Below, in pieces: positions 39,514 through 46,900 of a DNA stretch of 64,000 nucleotides. This stretch comes from Bacteroidales bacterium (GTDB lineage Bacteria > Bacteroidota > Bacteroidia > Bacteroidales > JAUNSR01). Both the position numbers and the translations under genes were made by a program. Below the pieces are notes generated by a model. It was not told where the DNA came from, ran no database searches, and was given only the letters and a program-made list of their open reading frames with translations. Position 1 is the stretch's first letter; each line of letters begins with the position of its first letter. The stretch lies in contig JAVVQG010000015.1 of NCBI GenBank assembly GCA_036655355.1, positions 7,406 to 71,405 of the forward strand, given 5' to 3'.

Positions 39514-40181
39514 AGAAAAACAATTTTTTTTGGGTAAGTTATTCCGATTTGATGACCAGTTTATTTTTTATTGTCTTGCTGCTTTTTAGCCTGATGTGGT
39601 CACTTAATAAAGACCTGTCCGAAGATTCTGAGGCGGTAAAAGAAAAACTGGGCACCGCATTAAAAGATTATGAGGCAGTAAAGAAAGAATTGGGCACCGT
39701 CTTAGTTAAAAATAAAGAAGCTGAAAAAATAAAGGAGATAAAAAAAGCGATTGAAACCCTCCCCAAAGACTACTTCGTATTTGACTCTGATAATCAGCGC
39801 TTTCAACTCAGAAAAAACATTTCCTTTGAGATCAATAGTTCTGAAATTAACACCAATGATTATGAATATTTATCTCAGGTAGGTAATCAATTGGTAAATT
39901 TAATCAAGCGCTTGGATAATGAGCCCGGAATTCGTTATCTAGTATTGATCGAGGGAATGGCCTCCAAGGATAGTTACTCCCGCAATTATGAGCTCAGCTA
40001 TGAAAGAGCACTTTCTCTTTATCGTTTCTGGGAAACCTCGGGAATCTCTTTTGATCCAAACCGATGCGAGGTTCATATATCTGGAAGCGGAACAGGAGGA
40101 ATAGGACGTTTCCCTGAATCTGAAGAACGGAAAAACCAACGTTTCTTGATTCAGATTATTCCAAAAGTGGGAAATATCTAG
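39510..40181 (+). CDS. Island gene 8: MotB/OmpA-like protein (ZorB-like) with conserved transmembrane Asp and peptidoglycan-binding domain
   Basis: 223-aa ORF. The N-terminal FWVSYSDLMTSLFFIVLLLF matches the MotB pattern xYADxMTxxxxFF, with the Asp codon at 39546..39548. The C-terminal OmpA_C-like blocks are LIEGMASKDSYSRNYELSYERALSLYRFW and NQRFLIQI. Its ATGA overlaps the gene 7 stop. Confidence 0.75.
   Translation: MKKNNFFWVSYSDLMTSLFFIVLLLFSLMWSLNKDLSEDSEAVKEKLGTALKDYEAVKKELGTVLVKNKEAEKIKEIKKAIETLPKDYFVFDSDNQRFQLRKNISFEINSSEINTNDYEYLSQVGNQLVNLIKRLDNEPGIRYLVLIEGMASKDSYSRNYELSYERALSLYRFWETSGISFDPNRCEVHISGSGTGGIGRFPESEERKNQRFLIQIIPKVGNI
39630..39713 (+). repeat. In-frame diverged 42-bp tandem duplication inside island gene 8
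   Basis: EAVKEKLGTALKDY / EAVKKELGTVLVKN, with about 70% nucleotide identity between the two units. Confidence 0.8.
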
Positions 40182-40350
40182 TTGTTGATAAATCGAGAAT
40201 CCTTTATCTTAATTGATTAATGCTAATTTACTTTTTGCAATAAATATGGCAATTTCACTGGGGAGTTTGCTTTTCGCCACCATTAAGGTTTTTATTTTTC
40301 AGATTACTCTTTTATCTGTTAGGCTTCATATTACTCTTACGAATTAAAAA

Positions 40351-40409
40351 TCGCCCCTACATTCCGGCACTACGAAGGAATTAAACCTTCCGCCATAATG
40401 TAGGGGCGA
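40351..40409. repeat. 13-bp perfect inverted repeat with structured 33-nt spacer at the right end of the island
   Basis: tcgcccctacatt (40351..40363) pairs with aatgtaggggcga (40397..40409). An inner gaagg/ccttc stem lies in the spacer. There is no clear T-run. Confidence 0.6.
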
Positions 40410-40542
40410 ATAATTATTTAAAAATGCATTTTAGACCCTATAGCAAGTTTCACATAAGGTATTCAACAATCGGACTTCCGAGAAAAATTGAACGAGTGTA
40501 AACGTAAATACGCTAGCATTACTTTTTAGCTTTCCGTTTAAC

Positions 40543-42489
40543 CTATTTATTAATAACCTTCAGATTCTTCATATAGCCTTTAAAATCACCCGTTTTCTGA
40601 AGCGGGAAGACTAGCGTCTGGTTGTAGTTGAATTTCGCTTTTTCCTGTTGGTCTTTGTAAACCGGAACCACTTCGAGCGTTTCGATCAGGTGACCGTTTA
40701 CGTAGAATTTGGTAGAGACGTTATTTCCCTCAAATGCGAGCGTTAGCGTCTTATCGTTCGGGATGACGTAGTTGAACGTGTAATTGTAGCCATCGCGACT
40801 AAAGCCGACTTTACCTGTTTCAGGATCGCGAAGATATACTACTGCATCAGGCGATTCAAATAATACGGCTCCGTTCTTATTATCCTTCGAATAAAGATCG
40901 AACTCAACAAAATAATCATATCCGATCTCTTTCAGAGGCGTTTCACTATTTGCCGCAATGGAATCGAGACGAAGGATCTCTCCTTTCTCTTTATAAGTAC
41001 CCATGATGTTAACACCCGGAGCCTCACCGATCAACTTCGATTTTGCCGTAAAGGTATCAAAATCGGCACCGGTCTTCTTCCCTTTCCACATCTTGGTAGA
41101 TAACGTTTTCATGGATGGCAATACACGGTGATGCACATCCTTCTGTGAGATTCCATTGCCTACATGATCATTCCATACGGCGAACATTCCCCCTTTAATC
41201 TGCGGGTCGTTTTCGTCGAACACTTGATTGCCGATAACCGCCGGAGTCCAGTTCTCATAAAGGTGTTTATTATTCAAATAATCGTAGTAATAACCGGCTT
41301 TCGGAACAATGTACACCAATCCGTCGGGGATGCTCACCATTTCGTAACCCAGTTTCTTCATCTCTTGCGGATCGGCGTATCCGTTGTACCAGCAAAGCAT
41401 CAATACGCTGTCAACCTTCACCGGAGTCTCCCCTTTGGCATGCGTCAGTGCGCCCCACAGAGCAGCCTGTTTGCCGAAGCTTTCGATGTAATTGATGTAT
41501 CGGTCTGTAAAATATCTGAATTTCTCTACAACTTCTTTGTTCTTGTTTGAATACTCATCCGTTCCGATATGTACATATTTCCCTCTGAAAACAGGGTCAT
41601 CCCCTTCAAGGTATTCTTTGAAGAGCCCATCCATAAATTCGTAGGTTTTCGGATTGAATAGATCGAAATGGTCCATTCCGTACTCTTTGCTTCCGATTTC
41701 GGGCATGTAATGGGTAAACGCGAGTACGTGTGCCGGTGCATCGATTTCCGGAATAATCAAAACCCCGTAACTCTCGGCAAGCTTCTGTAAATCTTTAAAC
41801 TCCTGCTTTGTGTAAGAGCCGTCTTTTGCGGTCAGTCCGGGATATGTTTCGCTTTCCAGGCGAAAAGCCGCATAGGTATTATCCCAGTTATCGCCCCAGA
41901 ATTGTTTGAATCCGTTATCGTTGAGATGAATCTGGAACGTATTCATCTTATAATAAGACATAAAACGGACATACTGCTTCAGGAAGTCAAGTGTAAAGAA
42001 CTTTCTACCGCAATCGAGCATAAACCCACGCAAAGGGTAAGCGGGATAATCCACGATCTTCCCTTTCGGCAGTTTGTGATTATCACTTTGCTCGGTCATC
42101 TGCAGCAACGTTTGGGCTGCCCAGTTGATACCGATCGGATTGTTCGCGCCAATTTCAATCGTGTTATTGATATTGATGAAATAAGCCTCCTCATTTTTAG
42201 AAGAAGGTTTTTTAGCGGTAATCACGATATCGCCGGCCTTTGCTTTCTGTTTTGTTACCACCTCGATATCAAGGTCGGCGATTTTCTTCAGATCTTCGGC
42301 AAAGCGGGTCGCATAATCGAATGCATCGGGATTGTTACAGATGATTTTAGCATCGGAGGTAAGGTTGAAATGTCCCGTCGAGCCTTTCCAGCTCTGTAAT
42401 TCAGGTACCACAAAGGGTTTTTGATTCATCTGGGCGAAAAGTGTCCCCGTAATGAAGGTTAAGATAAAGAGAATACTGAATTTTCTCAT
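40543..42489 (-). CDS. GH20 beta-N-acetylhexosaminidase
   Basis: 648-aa ORF with a signal peptide and GH20 blocks RGFMLDCGRKFF and HIGTDEY. Confidence 0.85.
   Translation of the reverse strand: MRKFSILFILTFITGTLFAQMNQKPFVVPELQSWKGSTGHFNLTSDAKIICNNPDAFDYATRFAEDLKKIADLDIEVVTKQKAKAGDIVITAKKPSSKNEEAYFININNTIEIGANNPIGINWAAQTLLQMTEQSDNHKLPKGKIVDYPAYPLRGFMLDCGRKFFTLDFLKQYVRFMSYYKMNTFQIHLNDNGFKQFWGDNWDNTYAAFRLESETYPGLTAKDGSYTKQEFKDLQKLAESYGVLIIPEIDAPAHVLAFTHYMPEIGSKEYGMDHFDLFNPKTYEFMDGLFKEYLEGDDPVFRGKYVHIGTDEYSNKNKEVVEKFRYFTDRYINYIESFGKQAALWGALTHAKGETPVKVDSVLMLCWYNGYADPQEMKKLGYEMVSIPDGLVYIVPKAGYYYDYLNNKHLYENWTPAVIGNQVFDENDPQIKGGMFAVWNDHVGNGISQKDVHHRVLPSMKTLSTKMWKGKKTGADFDTFTAKSKLIGEAPGVNIMGTYKEKGEILRLDSIAANSETPLKEIGYDYFVEFDLYSKDNKNGAVLFESPDAVVYLRDPETGKVGFSRDGYNYTFNYVIPNDKTLTLAFEGNNVSTKFYVNGHLIETLEVVPVYKDQQEKAKFNYNQTLVFPLQKTGDFKGYMKNLKVINK
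40544..40646. repeat. Right copy of the 103-bp island-flanking direct repeat (lies within the functional GH20 3' end)
   Basis: See 29369..29472. The identical 64-bp core is 40583..40646. Confidence 0.85.
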
Positions 42490-42518
42490 AGTACGAAATT
42501 TAATTTATTGATGTAATA

Positions 42519-42557
42519 GATAATGCGATTGGATAATGTGATTAGATAATGTGATTA
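42519..42557. repeat. 3 x 13-bp tandem repeat (gataatgYgattR) upstream of the GH20 gene
   Basis: The three units are gataatgcgattg, gataatgtgatta and gataatgtgatta, lying 30-68 nt upstream of the ATG at 42489. Confidence 0.8.
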
Positions 42558-42762
42558 GACAAGGCCTTTGGATTAACGATGCCAAATATAACTAAATATC
42601 AATGATATGCCATATTTTATCTAAAGATGAGCGTCCCGGCGACAGCTAAGGTCGCGGTGTTAAGGTAAGGAGTAAGGAGCAAGGAGCACGTACCTCTTTT
42701 TTATAAAATACAAAAGGGAGCCTTTACAAAGACTCCCTTTTATATTATGATTCAAAAATCAA

Positions 42763-42933
42763 TTAGTTTCCCGGATGAATAGCTTCAGTAGGACAAACAT
42801 CTGCACAAGTACCACAGTCAGTACATAGTTCAGGATTGATTGAATAGATATCTCCTTCAGAGATAGCTGAAACCGGACATTCATCGATACAAGTACCGCA
42901 TGCGATACAATCTTCTGATATTACGTAAGCCAT
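42763..42933 (-). CDS. 2x[4Fe-4S] ferredoxin (56 aa; below the ORF-track cut-off)
   Basis: My own translation gives MAYVISEDCIACGTCIDECPVSAISEGDIYSINPELCTDCGTCADVCPTEAIHPGN*, which contains two CxxCxxCxxxCP motifs. Confidence 0.85.
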   Translation of the reverse strand: MAYVISEDCIACGTCIDECPVSAISEGDIYSINPELCTDCGTCADVCPTEAIHPGN

Positions 42934-42975
42934 TTTTGTAAAGTATTTAATTGAATTAGTACTAAATTAGCATTG

Positions 42976-42983
42976 CAAAAATA
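42976..42983 (-). promoter_or_regulatory. Candidate -7 promoter box (TAnnTTTG) for the ferredoxin gene
   Basis: Minus strand reads TATTTTTG, about 43 nt upstream of the ATG at 42933. Confidence 0.45.
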
Positions 42984-43133
42984 GACGTTTTTAATATCCA
43001 ACAAAGTAAAATGCGATTATTTTTTCAAATTGCCTGCAAGTACGGAGCAATCTAACTCATTCATAACATGATAACATAAGAGATGTAATAATTAACCTCT
43101 CTTTACGTTATCTAAGGATAAGAACCATTACAA

Positions 43134-43841
43134 ATGCAACATTTAAAAAACATTCTGCTCCTTTTTTTACTCCTCTTCAGCATACCGGGAAGCGCCCAAA
43201 CCGAGAAAGTACGCAACCTCATGTATGTGGATCAGCGACGCGTTCATTTCGGGTTCATGCTCGGATTGCATGCACAGGATCTTTCGTTTCGGCATTCCGG
43301 CTTTGTCACAGCCGATGGCGAGACTTGGTTTGCCGAGATTCCACATTTCTCACCCGGCTTTGCAGTGGGATTGGTTGGCGATCTGGCCTTTACCGAACGC
43401 ATCAACCTGCGTTTTACTCCGAGCATGTATTTCGGAAGCAAATATGTGGAGATGCGTGAAATCGGATCAAAAGAGAAGGTGACACAAGATATCAAATCCA
43501 ATTACCTGGCTTTTCCGGTTAGCATCCGATACAGCGCTCGCCGGGTAAATAATTACCGTCCCTACCTGATTACCGGTGTGAGTCCGTCGTTCGATCTCTC
43601 GAAACGCAAGGATACACCCTTGGTATTGAAGCGTTTCGATACGGCGCTGGAGATTGGCTTCGGGTGCGATCTTTACCTTCCTTACTTCAAACTGATTCCG
43701 GAATTGAAATTCAGTTTCGGACTATTGGATGTACTTGAACACAACAGAAAAGACCTGCGCGATCCGACAATGATCAAATACACGCAGGCCTTGAATAAGG
43801 TGAAGTCCAGAATGGTTGTTCTCTCTTTTTATTTTGAATAG
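43134..43841 (+). CDS. PorT/SprT-like outer-membrane beta-barrel protein
   Basis: 235-aa ORF with a signal peptide ending SAQ. The early HFGFMLGLHAQDLSF block, alternating beta pattern, and C-terminal Phe-rich end resemble PorT family proteins. Confidence 0.55.
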   Translation: MQHLKNILLLFLLLFSIPGSAQTEKVRNLMYVDQRRVHFGFMLGLHAQDLSFRHSGFVTADGETWFAEIPHFSPGFAVGLVGDLAFTERINLRFTPSMYFGSKYVEMREIGSKEKVTQDIKSNYLAFPVSIRYSARRVNNYRPYLITGVSPSFDLSKRKDTPLVLKRFDTALEIGFGCDLYLPYFKLIPELKFSFGLLDVLEHNRKDLRDPTMIKYTQALNKVKSRMVVLSFYFE

Positions 43842-43932
43842 ATATCGGAAAGCTTTGTTCTGTCGCGCAAAGAGCTGCAAGGCGGTATGCACCGGTTCTC
43901 GATGTTGAGACATAGGTGGTCACATGACACCT

Positions 43933-46900
43933 TTATTTCTCCAATGCATCATAAATCGCGGTCTGAATGCGTCCGCGGTAACTATGTTCCGAGATTTTAT
44001 TATTCCAGCGATGCGGATATACGCGATTCGTGAGCAGTATATAGATCAGCCGATTGTCGGGATCCACCCAGAAACAGGTGCCCGTAAAGCCGGTATGACC
44101 GTATGCGGAGGCCGGAACCTGAGGTGGAGTGGGACTGTTGTTGGGATTCGTGGCATTCGGTTTATCGAAGCCCATGCCTCTTCGGGAGTTGGGACTCTTG
44201 GTCATCGTAAACAACCGCGCCGTTTCTTTGGTATAGATCCGGTCGCCCCCGTATTCCCCTTCATTCAAGAACAACTGGAAAAGCTTCGCCAGTCCCGCAG
44301 CATTCGAAAACAACCCCGCGTTACCGTCCACTCCCCCGTTGTATGCGGCGATTTCATCGTGTACATAACCACGCACCACCTGTTTGCGCAGAAACAGATC
44401 GTGTTCGGTAGGCACGATGTCCACGATGTCTAATTTTTCGAGGGGATTATACATCGTCAGCGTAGCGCCGAGGGGACCGAAAACTTCCTTTTCAAGGTAT
44501 TTGTCAAGACGCTGTTTGGTGATGTTCTCTACGGCGGTGCGAAGCAATACGAAGTTCAGGCAGCTGTAGAGGTATTTTCCCCTTTTGCCAAGCGGCAATG
44601 CGGCGGTCTTGTTGATAATGCTGTCTCGAAAAACCGGATTCACAAATATACCCTCTGCCACATGCATCGTATGCGTTTCGGTCTGGTGATCCGAAACCAA
44701 TTCGGGATAAAATACAATATTCTTGTTGGCAAATGAATTCGGAGCAGCCATCAGACAATACGTCTCATCGCGTTTGCTTTTGAACAGGGGCATCTGCGTA
44801 TGCAGCGTGTCCACCGCCAACGTATAGAAAGGATAACCGGGGCGCATCCCCGTTTCATGGAACAACGCCTCGCGAAACGTGAGCGTCTCCTTATCCGTTT
44901 CCCGAAGTTGCGGAATATACTTACTCAACTTACTGGTCATTTTCACTTTATAATCGTCGCGTACCTTCATCACCGCAGCAACCGTACCCGAAGCTTTCGA
45001 AACGGATGCAAGGTCATACACGTCGTCATTCTCCACTCGTTTGGAGCGGGTATAATCGACATAGCCGTACGATTTTTCCCATACGATATTGCCATTACGG
45101 GCGATCAAAAGCTGACAACCCGGAAAAGCCTCCTCATCGAGACCCTCCTGAATGATCTCCTCCACCTTCATCAATCGGTCGTAATTGATCCGTTCCTGTT
45201 CGGGCAACGCATAACCGAGACGCGATTTCTCCCGGCGTATTCCGGTACCGACCGGAAAAAGATCGGGTACGCTCACACTGAGTTTTCCCTTCGTCTCAAT
45301 CCCACCGTACAAAGCCTGTGCGGCGAATTCTCCCGTCAAGTCGGAATTCTCATACGCCATCAACACCGCTTCGGATTCGGGTATCAATTTCGCAAAAGCA
45401 CTCATCTTATAAGGTGACTGGAAGAAAACAAGAATGAATTTCCTTCCGGCACACAGGTTGTTCACGAATTCCACCTCAGCCGGCTTATCGGAAGAGATCG
45501 CCACGATGAGCAAATTCGATTCGCGGGTCGCATTGAGGATCTCCTGTTGGGTTGATTTGGCACTCTTGGCATTCATCGCATGGAACTGATGGCGCCCGTA
45601 TTTCTCCAACGTGGATTCGAACGCTCCTTTATCAGAATCAGCGCCGTTCACATTGCCGCCGTTCCCATTGCTCACGTTTACATTCCCTACGTTTACCACA
45701 TGAATATTTTTCTCTTCGAGACGATGAATCGGCAATACGTGGTTATCGTCTTTCAGCAGGGTTATCGCCTCGGCATGCAACGTTCGGTTCAGGAGATCGG
45801 CATGACGGGTATTTAACCGCTCATCGAGGTGATCGATGTTCACAAGTCCCTTATCGGTCAGTCCCAGCAAATATTTATAGCGAAGCACCTTCTTGCATTT
45901 CTCCTCCACAAGACACATGGGCAGTTCACCCTGTTTGACAGCTTTTCGGACACTCTCCACCTGCGCACCCAGGTTCACGGGTCCCAGTAGGATATCGTTA
46001 CCGGCGATCAGCGCCCGCACGCAATGGTTCGGCTCGCTGGATACCCCTTTCATGGCGAGACCGTCTGTAAAGATCAGACCGGTAAAGCCCAGTTCATTCT
46101 TCAATACGCCGCTGACAATTTTCGGCGAAAGCGAAGAGGGGCGGTTCTGCCGATCATCCAATGCGGGAACGGCAAGGTGTGCGGTAAGCATTCCCGAAAG
46201 GCCGGCATTGACAAACTCGCGAAACGGCTGCAATTCGTAATCATACATCCGGAGCGAGTCGTGCGCCAATTTAGGCAACGTAAAATGAGAATCTTCGGCG
46301 GTGTCGCCATGTCCGGGGAAATGTTTCCCCACGGCCATCACTCCGTTCGATTCAAGTCCTTTTCCATATTCGATCGATTTACGTGTCACCAGTTCCAGCC
46401 CCTCGCCGAACGAGCGGTTTCCGATCACCGGATTTTCAGGATTGCTGTTGAGGTCGAGTACGGGCGCGAAATTGATGTGAATGCCGAGTTCGCGGCATTG
46501 TCTTCCCACCTCCTCGCCATAGGCATAGATCAGTGAATCGTTACTGATGGCTCCCAGCATCATGTTTCGGGGGAAACGAGTGGTATTTTCCAAGCGCATG
46601 GAGAGTCCCCATTCCCCGTCGAGCGAAATGAAGAGGGGCACTTTGGCGTGTTCCTGGGTGTAATTGGTCAGTTCGGCCTGATCGAAGGTTTTCCCTTTTG
46701 AGTAAAGGATTCCGCCGATCTTATACTCCTCCACATACTTACGGAGCAGTTGTTTTTGCTGCGGCGTATTTCTCACCGCCACCATCGGCATAAAAAGCTG
46801 ACCGATCTTTTCATCGGTGCTCAACGTCTGAAAGACGGAATCCGCCCAATGCTCCATCGCTTCGGCACGATCCGTCTCCTGAACAAAGTTTGTGACGTGA

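Larger units (their letters stand above)
29473..40543. mobile_element. Putative horizontally acquired genomic island (~11.1 kb) inserted at the 3' end of the GH20 gene; no integrase present
   Basis: It is bounded by 103-bp direct repeats and is visibly AT-rich relative to its flanks (spot counts of 60-nt lines mostly 33-43% against 47-58%). It contains eight co-directional accessory genes. Confidence 0.65.

Noticed and set aside
29473-40543. Island as canonical Zorya (type I or II), prophage, ICE or transposon.
   Set aside because: I see no ZorC/ZorD-like (helicase/nuclease) or ZorE-like (HNH) ORF. There is no integrase, transposase, relaxase, or capsid or tail gene, and there are no terminal inverted repeats. 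Only the MotA/MotB-like pair resembles Zorya.
42661-42690. taaggtaaggagtaaggagcaaggagc, a purine-rich quasi-repeat resembling stacked Shine-Dalgarno sites.
   Set aside because: No start codon follows in a suitable window, and Bacteroidota largely do not use SD-led initiation. I treat it as low-complexity intergenic sequence.
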